DNA of 64,000 nt from a virus (lineage: Duplodnaviria > Heunggongvirae > Uroviricota > Caudoviricetes): the IMG/VR virus record IMGVR_UViG_3300025429_000011, positions 18,527 through 82,526 of that record. One strand, 5' to 3'. Of this stretch, positions 18,393 through 27,406 are shown one piece after another. A program made the translations under genes and the position numbers. Position 1 is the first letter of the stretch. The number at the start of each line of letters is the position of its first letter. The notes beneath the pieces were generated by a model. That model had not been told where the DNA came from. It ran no database searches and saw only the letters and a program-made list of their open reading frames with translations.

Positions 18393-19331
18393 ATGAGTAC
18401 CTATCTTTTAAATGAATATATAGGTGCTGGTTATAGTGATGGTCTAATAATTCCACCTGCAGCACCGTCACAAATTATTTTTACTACAGTAGGTGCATAT
18501 TCATGGGCAGTACCACTAGGAGTAACTAGAATATGTGTTGTTGCAGTTGGGGGAGGTGGTGGAGGTGCAAATATAGCCAACGCTGGAGGAGGTGGCGGAG
18601 GTGGTTTAGTATATCTGAACAATTACACAGTAAAAGCTGGTGATATTGTTTCAGGAATCGTAGGAGATGGTGGTACAGCAAATACAGTAGGTGTTTCTAC
18701 TACAGTACTTGTTAATGGATCTAATATAATTACTGCTCAGGGTGGAAGTGGAGGATCTGGTACTGTTGGTGGATCGGGAGGAAGTGGTACTGGTATCTCA
18801 GGTATAGTTGCAAATTCAGGAGGAGCAGGAGGTAATTTTACTGGTTCTGGATCACCTTACGGTGCAGGTGGAGGTGGTGCTGCAGGTTATTCAGGTGCTG
18901 GAGGACGTGGTGGATTTTCATCAGGAAACTCTGGAGGTATAGCAGCTATTGCAGGTGCAGGAGGTGGTGGCGGTGGCGGGGGAGCTGCTTACAGTACAAA
19001 TAATACCGGTAGTGGTAGTGGTGCTGGAGGTGGTGGTGTTGGACTATTAGGTTCTGGTACAAATGGAACAGCTGGTACTCAAGGTTTTAGAAATACTCCT
19101 GTAAATCCTACTGGAGGCGGTGGTGGTTCAGGAGGAGCAGCTGGTACAAATGGCGGAGTTGTTAGTGCATCTGCTCCAGTTGGAGGAGCATACGGTGGTG
19201 GAGGCGGTGGTACACAGGGTGCTAACGGAAACCCTGCAGTTAACGGTAAAGGCGGGCAAGGTGCTGTAAGAATAATTTACGGTTATTCAACAGACACAAG
19301 AACATTTCCTTCTAATGCCGGGGATTTATAA
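18393..19331 (+). CDS. Glycine-rich domain protein, paralogous to the C-terminus of the 11656 fibre.
   Basis: AYSWAVPLGVTRICVVAVGGGGGGANIANAGGGGGGG ... GAVRIIYGYS matches the pattern of ..TYTTPGSVVWIRVRMIGGGGGGGGGG...GIIMIEEHYGS. Confidence 0.6.
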   Translation: MSTYLLNEYIGAGYSDGLIIPPAAPSQIIFTTVGAYSWAVPLGVTRICVVAVGGGGGGANIANAGGGGGGGLVYLNNYTVKAGDIVSGIVGDGGTANTVGVSTTVLVNGSNIITAQGGSGGSGTVGGSGGSGTGISGIVANSGGAGGNFTGSGSPYGAGGGGAAGYSGAGGRGGFSSGNSGGIAAIAGAGGGGGGGGAAYSTNNTGSGSGAGGGGVGLLGSGTNGTAGTQGFRNTPVNPTGGGGGSGGAAGTNGGVVSASAPVGGAYGGGGGGTQGANGNPAVNGKGGQGAVRIIYGYSTDTRTFPSNAGDL

Positions 19332-19354
19332 TAAATTATCTTACCTTTGAATCT

Positions 19355-19362
19355 TATAAATA
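19355..19362 (+). promoter_or_regulatory. Canonical T4-type late promoter TATAAATA upstream of the 19398 fibre gene.
   Basis: Exact TATAAATA about 35 nt upstream of the ATG. Confidence 0.5.
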
Positions 19363-19397
19363 CTTAAAAATACATTTACTTTTAGGAAAAATCTAAA

Positions 19398-20630
19398 ATG
19401 ACCACGAAGATTTTCGTTTCCCAGATTGATAAAACTAATCCTGACGGGTATACAGGTTCTACCGGTGCCTTCTTAATCCTTGGTTCAACTGGACCTTATT
19501 GGGCTAGTGGTGACGCTGCTGCACCTGTAGGATTTTTAGGTTCTATAGGTTTTCAAGGATCTTCTGGATTTCAAGGATCTTTTGGATATACAGGGTATCA
19601 AGGATCACTAGGTTTTGTTGGTTATACTGGCTCAATTGGGTTTCAAGGTTCATCTGGATTTTTAGGATCATCAGGATTTCAAGGTTCTTTAGGTGATACT
19701 GGATATAAAGGATCTTTTGGTGATGTTGGTTTTAGAGGATCACAAGGTGTAATAGGTGATCAAGGTCCAGTAGGCTATCAAGGATCTACTTCTTTTGCTG
19801 GTTCAGTAGGATTTCAAGGTTCTGTCGGCCCTCCTGGACCAATTAATATTGGATTTCAAGGGTCATTAGGTGACACAGGTTACCAAGGATCAGCTGGTTT
19901 CCTAGGTTCTTCTGGATTTCAAGGTTCAGTAGGATTTTTAGGATCTTCAGGATTCTTAGGTTCAGCAGGATTTGCAGGTAGTGTAGGTTACGGTCTAACA
20001 GGCTATACTGGGTCAGTAGGTGCATCAGGAGGGCTAGGGCCTTTTGGTTATCAAGGATCTACTGGTTTTACTGGATCTGTACCCAATGTGAGTTTAACTG
20101 GTCTTGTTGATTTTCCTGCTTCATATACTTCTCCAAACGCATTTTTAAGAGTAAATGCTGCTGCTTCTGGTATTGTATTTGATACAAATACTTACATTAC
20201 TAATTCAATGTCTACTGGCATCAGTATGAATTATAATACATTGTTTAATCCAGTTCTTCTTGGATATGGTGAAGTAGTAAATCCAATTGGTAATGCAACA
20301 GTAACCGGTTTTGGTTTTACACCAACCGCTAATGGAAATATTGTTACTGTAACATTAACTGATTCTGTTGTTGGTGTTACAATAGGTACTACTGGAATGG
20401 TGTCTGGTAGATTATATACCGCAACAATGTTTATTAAACAAGACGGTACAGGTAACAGAACAATAGATTGGTCTGCTTTAAATATAAAATGGCCAACTGG
20501 TGAAAGTACGCCTCCTACAGGACCTGTTCTTTCTATACAACCAAATTATACAGATGTTATAACATTATATACTTTAAATGCAGGAACTACATGGTATGGT
20601 ATTTTAGCTATTAAAGGTTTTAACGGTTAA
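19398..20630 (+). CDS. Collagen-like fibre protein.
   Basis: Long G-X-Y region (GFQGSSGFQGSFGYTGYQGS..) followed by a non-collagenous C-terminal domain. Confidence 0.8.
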   Translation: MTTKIFVSQIDKTNPDGYTGSTGAFLILGSTGPYWASGDAAAPVGFLGSIGFQGSSGFQGSFGYTGYQGSLGFVGYTGSIGFQGSSGFLGSSGFQGSLGDTGYKGSFGDVGFRGSQGVIGDQGPVGYQGSTSFAGSVGFQGSVGPPGPINIGFQGSLGDTGYQGSAGFLGSSGFQGSVGFLGSSGFLGSAGFAGSVGYGLTGYTGSVGASGGLGPFGYQGSTGFTGSVPNVSLTGLVDFPASYTSPNAFLRVNAAASGIVFDTNTYITNSMSTGISMNYNTLFNPVLLGYGEVVNPIGNATVTGFGFTPTANGNIVTVTLTDSVVGVTIGTTGMVSGRLYTATMFIKQDGTGNRTIDWSALNIKWPTGESTPPTGPVLSIQPNYTDVITLYTLNAGTTWYGILAIKGFNG

Positions 20631-20632
20631 AA

Positions 20633-22168
20633 ATGCCTGTATCAAGTACGCACTTTTCATTCTCAAGAACTTATATTCAAAAAGAAAATGTTATAACAGT
20701 TTCGTTGCCAGATTATGCTGTACTTTTTTACTATGATAAAATAAAAAATTGGAATTCTACATATTCAGGCAATCTTAACATAGATTACTATATAAGTCTT
20801 TCTACAAAAACTAATAATTTTAATTCTAAAACGCCTATAGATTGGCCATTAGTATATTGTGTTAATGATTACTCTGTTGATTCTGCAGTAGGTATATACT
20901 CCTCGGCTAATTTAGATGTTAGCAGTTTTACTAACAGCTCAACATTTTTAGACATAGGTGGTGCTCATAATCCTACTGTAGCAGGATTTCAAACTCAACC
21001 AACATTAGGGTTTGCATTTAATTCCGGCGATACTGCTTCTACATTAGTTACTGATGTGTATTATAATTATACTACGCCTCATAATGGTCATTATCATGAA
21101 GTGTCTGGACTTAATATAGCAAACGCATTATTAAATATTAAAAATTTATCTGCAAATGGTACATTATTACCTCAAAATATTGCTAATTTAGAAACGATAG
21201 GTATTCCACAAACTACTGTTAATATGTTATTAAAAGATCCAACTATAAAAAATGGAACTAAAATAATAACATTCTTACCTAAAAATGTAATTGTTTTTGG
21301 TAACAATTTACCTTCAGATTCTTATACACGAACAGATCCACTTTATTCAGGCTCACAGTCTGTGAATAGTAATCCAGTAAGAGGAAGTGATATATTAAGT
21401 AATACGTTTTATCTTTCTTGCTTTAATGATGCATCTGGATCTTATTTTAATTCTACTACTAATTTTAGTGTAACTTCTAATAACTCACCATTTCACGATC
21501 ATACTCCTTCTAGTGCTGGTGGTGTAAATACACCACAACGTAAATCTAATAAATCAGGTCAAACTGCTTCACTTTTTGGAGCAAGTGGAAGACACAATCA
21601 TTCAGTAACTTATAATGTTAATGCATATCTAAAAGGTAAAAAGTTAAAAGCCTATTTTACTAAAAATGATCAAACTACTATTGCTAACGGAGTTATTATA
21701 GGTTACTGTCCAAGTGCTGCATTAGGTTATACTGGTAAATCTTACTCTACTACTTTACCGCCGCATTGGCATGTATGTGATGGAAATAATGGAACACCAG
21801 ATCTTAGAGGTTTCTACATTGGAGCAAATTTCAATGACTCAGACAATAATGTTAACATTACAATATTAGAAAATAAAATGAAAATAAACAATATTACGGT
21901 AGCTGCAAACGGTGCACATTCACATGGTGTTGTAGGAGCTGTAAATGCAGTTGGGCCTGCAGGTACTGCTAAAAATATTGGAAGTCATTTATTAGAACCG
22001 GCAACTAACCACTCTCACTCTATTATAGCATCGGCAACATATCCAACATTTCCTACTGCTGCTACACCGCAAAAAACTAATATTAATGGAATAACATTTA
22101 CTAATTTTAACTATAAGCCTGCTACATTTACAATGGCTTTCATAATGTATAACGAAAATATACCATAA
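20633..22168 (+). CDS. Putative fibre-tip / receptor-binding protein with repeated His-x-His motifs.
   Basis: HNGHYHEV, RHNHSV, AHSHGV and NHSHSI. The H-x-H motifs resemble the metal-coordinating His pairs of T4 gp37/gp12 fibre tips. It follows the fibre genes. Confidence 0.4.
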   Translation: MPVSSTHFSFSRTYIQKENVITVSLPDYAVLFYYDKIKNWNSTYSGNLNIDYYISLSTKTNNFNSKTPIDWPLVYCVNDYSVDSAVGIYSSANLDVSSFTNSSTFLDIGGAHNPTVAGFQTQPTLGFAFNSGDTASTLVTDVYYNYTTPHNGHYHEVSGLNIANALLNIKNLSANGTLLPQNIANLETIGIPQTTVNMLLKDPTIKNGTKIITFLPKNVIVFGNNLPSDSYTRTDPLYSGSQSVNSNPVRGSDILSNTFYLSCFNDASGSYFNSTTNFSVTSNNSPFHDHTPSSAGGVNTPQRKSNKSGQTASLFGASGRHNHSVTYNVNAYLKGKKLKAYFTKNDQTTIANGVIIGYCPSAALGYTGKSYSTTLPPHWHVCDGNNGTPDLRGFYIGANFNDSDNNVNITILENKMKINNITVAANGAHSHGVVGAVNAVGPAGTAKNIGSHLLEPATNHSHSIIASATYPTFPTAATPQKTNINGITFTNFNYKPATFTMAFIMYNENIP

Positions 22169-22178
22169 GGAGTTTAAG

Positions 22179-22793
22179 ATGATTACTGAAGAAATTATTA
22201 AATCTTGCTTTCCGCATGCAAAAGCTTCAATAGTAAAAGCGCTTGTAGAAAATGCAGAAGAATTATCAACCCATTATGAAATTAATAATGAATTAAGATG
22301 GGCACATTTTCTTGCTCAAACCGGTCATGAATCTGGCGGGTTTACTGTTACAGAAGAAAATTTAAATTATAAAGCTGAAGGTCTAGAAAAAATATTTCCA
22401 AAGTACTTTAAAGATGTAGATGCAGAAGATTATGCTCATCAACCAGTTAAAATTGCAAATCGAGTTTATGCTAATAGAATGGGAAACGGAGATGAAGAAT
22501 CAGGTGATGGCTACAAATTTAGAGGTCATGGTCTTATTCAATTAACTGGTAGAGATAATTACACCCATATGGCAAATGATTTAGATGTAAATCTAGAAGA
22601 TTTAATTACACATTTAGCAACAGTTGATGGTGCTGTAGAGTCGGCTGCTTGGTTTTGGCATAAAAATGGCATTAATAAATTAGCTGATGCAGACGATGTT
22701 ACTGCTGTTACAAAAAAAGTAAATGGAGGAACTATCGGATTAGCTGAAAGACAAGAAAATACAGATAAATTAAAAGATATTTTAGGTGCGTAA
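22179..22793 (+). CDS. Glycoside hydrolase family 19 (chitinase-like) lysozyme / endolysin.
   Basis: AHFLAQTGHESGGF...YKFRGHGLIQLTGRDNY is the GH19 phage-lysin signature. Confidence 0.8.
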   Translation: MITEEIIKSCFPHAKASIVKALVENAEELSTHYEINNELRWAHFLAQTGHESGGFTVTEENLNYKAEGLEKIFPKYFKDVDAEDYAHQPVKIANRVYANRMGNGDEESGDGYKFRGHGLIQLTGRDNYTHMANDLDVNLEDLITHLATVDGAVESAAWFWHKNGINKLADADDVTAVTKKVNGGTIGLAERQENTDKLKDILGA

Positions 22794-22996
22794 TGATTGC
22801 CAGTACCAATATGATTGTTCAAAGAATAGGAGATTCTATAATCTCTCAAGCTAGAATACTAGGTTATAGCACTCACCTAATTATAAACAAACAAAATAAT
22901 GTAATTACGCCTATTTCTATTCTAAGACAGACTAGTAGCGGGCTTTTAAATGCATTACCTTCTTTACCAACTAATCCTCCTACATATATTTCTTAA
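22793..22996 (+). CDS. Hypothetical small protein.
   Basis: 67-aa ORF with ATGA overlap with the lysozyme stop. Confidence 0.3.
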   Translation: MIASTNMIVQRIGDSIISQARILGYSTHLIINKQNNVITPISILRQTSSGLLNALPSLPTNPPTYIS

Positions 22997-23002
22997 TAAA
23001 TA
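22995..23002 (+). promoter_or_regulatory. Late promoter variant AATAAATA upstream of gp13.
   Basis: cttaataaatattata motif 20 nt upstream of the gp13 ATG. Confidence 0.35.
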
Positions 23003-23020
23003 TTATAAAAGGGTATAATA

Positions 23021-23767
23021 ATGTCATTTACTAAAATTACAAACAGAGCAGATTTTGCGTCTTATTGTTTAAGACGTTTAGGAGCACCTGTTATTGACAT
23101 TAATGTTGATCCAGATCAGGTAAATGATCGTATAGATGATGCACTTAAATTTTGGTATGATTATCATTTTGAAGGTGCAGAAAAAACATTCTACAAATAT
23201 GTAATTTCTCAAACTGATATTGATAACAAATATATCCCAGTACCGGAAAATATTATAGGTGTTGTAAATATATTTGATCTTGGAGATTATATTTCTACTA
23301 ATAATATTTTTAATATTCGTTATCAAATTGCTTTAAATGATTTGTATACTTTGACATATCAATCAATGGTTCCATATTATATGGCATTCCAGCAACTTCA
23401 ATTGCTAGAACAAATACTAGTTGGAAAACAACCAATCAGATATAATAGACATTTAGGTAAATTATATATTGATACAGATTGGACAAAGTTAACTGTTGGA
23501 AGTTATATAGTAGCAGAAGCATACATGGTAGTTGATCCGGACGTTTATACATCTGCATGGGATGATAGATGGTTGCAAAAATATGCAACTGCGCTTATTA
23601 AACAGCAATGGGGTGCTAATTTAATTAAATTTACAGGCATGCAACTTCCAGGCGGTGTGCAATTTAACGGTGAAAAAATATATAATGATGCTTCAGCTGA
23701 AATTGAAAAGATGGAACAAGAAGTAATTATTGGTTACAGTTTACCAGTTACTGATATGATTGGATAA
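23021..23767 (+). CDS. 13: Neck protein gp13.
   Basis: CLRRLGAPVIDINVDPDQVNDRIDDALKFWYDYHFEG, DRWLQKYATALIK and MQLPGGVQFNG align with T4 gp13 (ILRRLGAPIINVELTPDQI..YHFDG; NRWVKDYATALAK; MMLPGGVTIDG). Confidence 0.8.
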   Translation: MSFTKITNRADFASYCLRRLGAPVIDINVDPDQVNDRIDDALKFWYDYHFEGAEKTFYKYVISQTDIDNKYIPVPENIIGVVNIFDLGDYISTNNIFNIRYQIALNDLYTLTYQSMVPYYMAFQQLQLLEQILVGKQPIRYNRHLGKLYIDTDWTKLTVGSYIVAEAYMVVDPDVYTSAWDDRWLQKYATALIKQQWGANLIKFTGMQLPGGVQFNGEKIYNDASAEIEKMEQEVIIGYSLPVTDMIG

Positions 23768-23770
23768 TAA

Positions 23771-24493
23771 ATGCCATCCAATTTTTATATTAATAATTTT
23801 AATTCTAAAAATGAACAAAACCTTATTCAAGATTTAGTTGTTGAATCAATTAAATTTTACGGTATTGATCTTTATTACCTTCCTCGAGAAATTATTAATT
23901 TAAGTACTGAATTTAGAGAACAGCAAACATCAAGATACAATCAAGCTGTAACAACAGTAATGTATATTAAATCAATTGATGGCTTTGATGGTGATGGTGA
24001 ATTTCTATCTTCATTTGGTGTAGAAGTAAGAGAAGAAATTACATTTTCTGTAGCTAATTTTACTTTTGATAAAGAAGTTGGCCAGTTAACTAGAAGAGAT
24101 CGTCCTTTAGAATCTGATCTTATTTGGTTTCCATTAAATAAAGCATTATTTCAAATTAAATATGTAAATGTAAGACCTGTATTTTATCAATTTGGTGCAC
24201 TACAGTTTTATGATGTTACTTGTGAATTATTTGAATATAGCAATGAAATATTTAATACTGGTGTTCCTGCTATTGATGCAGTATATAATGCTTTTGCTAC
24301 AACTACTGAGCCTTATCATTTACAATCAGAAGACAATACTGTATTAATGACTGAAGAAGGTTTTGATTTAATTGAAGAAGAATATGGTATTGAAAATGAA
24401 ACAAATCAACAAAATTCTACATTTGATCAAATAGCTGTAAATTTCTTAGATTTTACACAACAAGATCCATTTAGTGAAACAAAGAGAATCTAA
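23771..24493 (+). CDS. 14: Neck protein gp14 (by synteny).
   Basis: 240-aa ORF between gp13 and gp15, as in T4-like genomes. Confidence 0.55.
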   Translation: MPSNFYINNFNSKNEQNLIQDLVVESIKFYGIDLYYLPREIINLSTEFREQQTSRYNQAVTTVMYIKSIDGFDGDGEFLSSFGVEVREEITFSVANFTFDKEVGQLTRRDRPLESDLIWFPLNKALFQIKYVNVRPVFYQFGALQFYDVTCELFEYSNEIFNTGVPAIDAVYNAFATTTEPYHLQSEDNTVLMTEEGFDLIEEEYGIENETNQQNSTFDQIAVNFLDFTQQDPFSETKRI

Positions 24494-25383
24494 TGATTGG
24501 CGGCACTCCATTTTATAATTCTTTGTTTAAAAAGTACGTTGCCATATTTGGCACGCTTTTTAACAATCTTTATATTGATAGAACTGATGATGCAGGCAAC
24601 TTAATTCAAGAGATAAAGGTACCTATTGCATACGGTCCGCGCGAAAAATTCTTAGCACGTCTTCAAGATAATCCTACTGGTTCTGCTCAAGTTTCTATTA
24701 CTCTACCTAGAATGGCATTTGAAATTGAAAGAATTCAATATGCTCCTAATAGAAAATTGCAGACTTTAAATAAAATCGCTTCAAAGAAAAACATTAATGG
24801 TCATAACGTATATAAGAAAGTATACTCTTCTGTTCCATATGATATAGGATTTAAATTACAAATCCTTACTAAAACTATGGAAGACGGGCTTAAAATTATT
24901 GAACAAATTCTTCCTTATTTTACTCCTGAATGGACCGTACAGGCTCATCTTTTAGGTGAAGATTTTGATATGGTAACAGATATCCCTACTATATTAGATT
25001 CTGTATCAATTGATGATCAATATGAAGATAATTTTTTACAAAGAAGAGTATTAACATTTATTTTAAACTTTACTATGAAAGCTTATTTTTATGGGCCAAT
25101 TACTGAAAGCAAAATTATTAAACTTACAGATACTAGAATATATGCTGATTTAACTGCAAATAGTGGATTTATAGAAACAACTATTCGCCCAGGATTAACA
25201 GCAAACGGTATGCCTACATCTAATCTAGCTTTATCTGTAGATATTTCTCAAATAGATGAAAATACGCATTACGGGTTTATTATTAATACTACACAAACAT
25301 ATGCCGGTAATGCTAATACCACTTATAATGTAACTTCAAATACATATTTTAACGTTAATACAGGCGAGTTTGTAGGTGGCTAA
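24493..25383 (+). CDS. 15: Tail sheath stabiliser / tail terminator gp15.
   Basis: FYNSLFKKYVAIFGTLFNNLYIDR and IIEQILPYFTPEWT match T4 gp15 (FYNSSFRRYATLMGDLFSNIQIKR; IVEQILPYFQPHFN). Confidence 0.8.
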   Translation: MIGGTPFYNSLFKKYVAIFGTLFNNLYIDRTDDAGNLIQEIKVPIAYGPREKFLARLQDNPTGSAQVSITLPRMAFEIERIQYAPNRKLQTLNKIASKKNINGHNVYKKVYSSVPYDIGFKLQILTKTMEDGLKIIEQILPYFTPEWTVQAHLLGEDFDMVTDIPTILDSVSIDDQYEDNFLQRRVLTFILNFTMKAYFYGPITESKIIKLTDTRIYADLTANSGFIETTIRPGLTANGMPTSNLALSVDISQIDENTHYGFIINTTQTYAGNANTTYNVTSNTYFNVNTGEFVGG

Positions 25384-25765
25384 AGATATTATTTCACAAT
25401 CCTTAGGATTAGAACCTTTAAACGATGAGATTATAAATCAAGTAGTTGTACCACCTTCTACTATTAAAAATGATTATGATTATGCCAGAGATAATCTTTA
25501 TAATATAATAGAAAAAGGTAATACTGCATTAGAAGATATTATGGATATTGCTAAACAGTCTGAGTCAGCGCGCGCATTTGAAGTAGTAACTAATCTTATT
25601 AAAACTATGGTTGATGCTAATAAAGATCTTTTAGAACTTGCTAAAAAGAAAAAAGAATTAGATAAAACTGAGCAACCAGAACAAACTAATGTAACAAATA
25701 ATAATCTGTTTGTTGGTTCATCTGCAGAACTACTTAAAATGATTAAAGATAAAGCTAATGGCTGA
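25376..25765 (+). CDS. 16: Terminase small subunit gp16.
   Basis: NDYDYARDNLYNIIEKGNTALEDIMDIAKQSESARAFEVVTNLIKTM resembles T4 gp16 ([47 protein letters not shown]). It lies immediately upstream of gp17. Confidence 0.7.
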   Translation: MAKDIISQSLGLEPLNDEIINQVVVPPSTIKNDYDYARDNLYNIIEKGNTALEDIMDIAKQSESARAFEVVTNLIKTMVDANKDLLELAKKKKELDKTEQPEQTNVTNNNLFVGSSAELLKMIKDKANG

Positions 25766-27347
25766 TATTTACCTAGGTAATAAAAATCTTAAAAATAAAG
25801 ATGTAAAAATATCTTTTACTCCAGAACAAATGGCAGAATTCTGGAAATGTGCTAATGATGTTGATTATTTTTGTGAAACATATGTAAAAATTGTATCTGT
25901 AGATAAAGGTTTGGTTCCATTTAAACCATTTCAATATCAAAAGAATATGTTTAAAACTTTTAATGATAATAGATATACAATTTGTAAAATGCCTCGTCAG
26001 GTCGGTAAGACAACTGGTGTTGTAGGTTATTTACTACATAAGATTCTTTTTAATGAAAATTATAACATAGCAGTTCTTGCTAATAAACAAGTACAGGCTA
26101 GAGAAATTCTTTCACGAATTCAACTTGCATATGAATGGTTACCTAAATGGCTTCAACAAGGAGTAGTTGAGTGGAATAAAGGTAACATTGAACTTGAAAA
26201 TGGTTCTAAGATACTTGCATCTGCTACATCATCATCTGCTGTTCGTGGTCAATCTTATAACTTAGTTTATCTTGACGAGTTTGCTTTCGTGCCTCGTAAT
26301 GTTCAAGATGCATTCTTTGCCTCAGTATTTCCTACAATATCTTCTGGTAATACATCTAAGCTTCTTATAACATCTACACCTAATGGAATGAATTTATTCT
26401 ATAAACTGTGGGTTGATTCAGAAAATGGTAACAATGATTATGCACGAGTAGATGTTCATTGGTCTGATGTTCCTGGAAGAGACCAAGCCTGGGCTGATCA
26501 AATGATCCGTAGTACATCTATAGATCAATTTAGACAAGAATTTGAATGTGAATTTTTAGGATCTGCTAACACTCTTATTCATCCTTCTGCAATGGCTAAA
26601 TTAACATTTATAAATCCAATTTCTGTAAATCAAGGTGTAAAATTATTTAAACAACCAGAAAAAGATCACGTATATGTTATGATAGTAGATGTGGCAGAAG
26701 GACTAGGTCTTGATAGTTCCGCTTTTGTAGTTGTAGATATCACTATTAATCCATACGAGGTAGTTGCAACATATCAAGATGCTAGTATTTCTCAGTTAAT
26801 GTTTCCTAATGTACTTTATAATGTAGGAAGATATTTCAATGAAGCTGCTATTTTAGTTGAAACTAATATTGGATCACAGGTTGTTAATATTTTACAACAA
26901 GATTTAGAATATGAAAATGTCGTAATGACTAAAACTAACGGTAGAAAAGGTACTGTTATTGGTAGCGACGGTTTATCTAAATTAGGTGTAAAAACTACTA
27001 AATCAGTTAAAAGAATAGGTTGCGCAAATCTTAAGTCTATTATAGAAAATCAAAAAATAATATTAAATGATTATGATGTAATAAATGAACTTTCAACTTA
27101 TGTAATGGATGGTTCTTCTTATAATGCAGAAGACGGGTATCACGATGATTTAGTTATGTGTATGGTGCTTTTTGCATGGTTGATAAATCAGCCATATTTT
27201 AAAGATATTTCTAATTCTGATATTAGATTACTATTGCTAGAAGGCCAAGAAGAAAACTTTACTCCTTTTGGATTTATTGATGATGGTCAAGAAGATCTAA
27301 ATAGAGTATTAAACGATTCAGAATTTGCAAATTTTCTTCTAAATTGA
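25758..27347 (+). CDS. 17: Terminase large subunit gp17 (ATPase + nuclease).
   Basis: Walker A is KMPRQVGKTT and Walker B is LVYLDEFAFV. Size 529 aa; the T4 gp17 C-terminal nuclease region is conserved. Confidence 0.9.
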   Translation: MADIYLGNKNLKNKDVKISFTPEQMAEFWKCANDVDYFCETYVKIVSVDKGLVPFKPFQYQKNMFKTFNDNRYTICKMPRQVGKTTGVVGYLLHKILFNENYNIAVLANKQVQAREILSRIQLAYEWLPKWLQQGVVEWNKGNIELENGSKILASATSSSAVRGQSYNLVYLDEFAFVPRNVQDAFFASVFPTISSGNTSKLLITSTPNGMNLFYKLWVDSENGNNDYARVDVHWSDVPGRDQAWADQMIRSTSIDQFRQEFECEFLGSANTLIHPSAMAKLTFINPISVNQGVKLFKQPEKDHVYVMIVDVAEGLGLDSSAFVVVDITINPYEVVATYQDASISQLMFPNVLYNVGRYFNEAAILVETNIGSQVVNILQQDLEYENVVMTKTNGRKGTVIGSDGLSKLGVKTTKSVKRIGCANLKSIIENQKIILNDYDVINELSTYVMDGSSYNAEDGYHDDLVMCMVLFAWLINQPYFKDISNSDIRLLLLEGQEENFTPFGFIDDGQEDLNRVLNDSEFANFLLN

Positions 27348-27352
27348 TTTTT

Positions 27353-27360
27353 TATAAATA
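27353..27360 (+). promoter_or_regulatory. Canonical late promoter TATAAATA upstream of gp18.
   Basis: Exact TATAAATA 47 nt upstream of the gp18 ATG. An AGGAG RBS follows. Confidence 0.5.
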
Positions 27361-27406
27361 AGTAATAAAAGATCTTAAAGTTTATATTATATTAAAGGAG
27401 AAAACC

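Noticed and set aside
4400-20100. Possible CRISPR-like arrays suggested by the short periodic GGTTCT/GGTTAT repeats.
   Set aside because: The periodicity is 9-18 nt, and it lies within coding collagen G-X-Y triplets (GYTGS). There are no spacer-repeat units of 25-50 nt and no cas genes.
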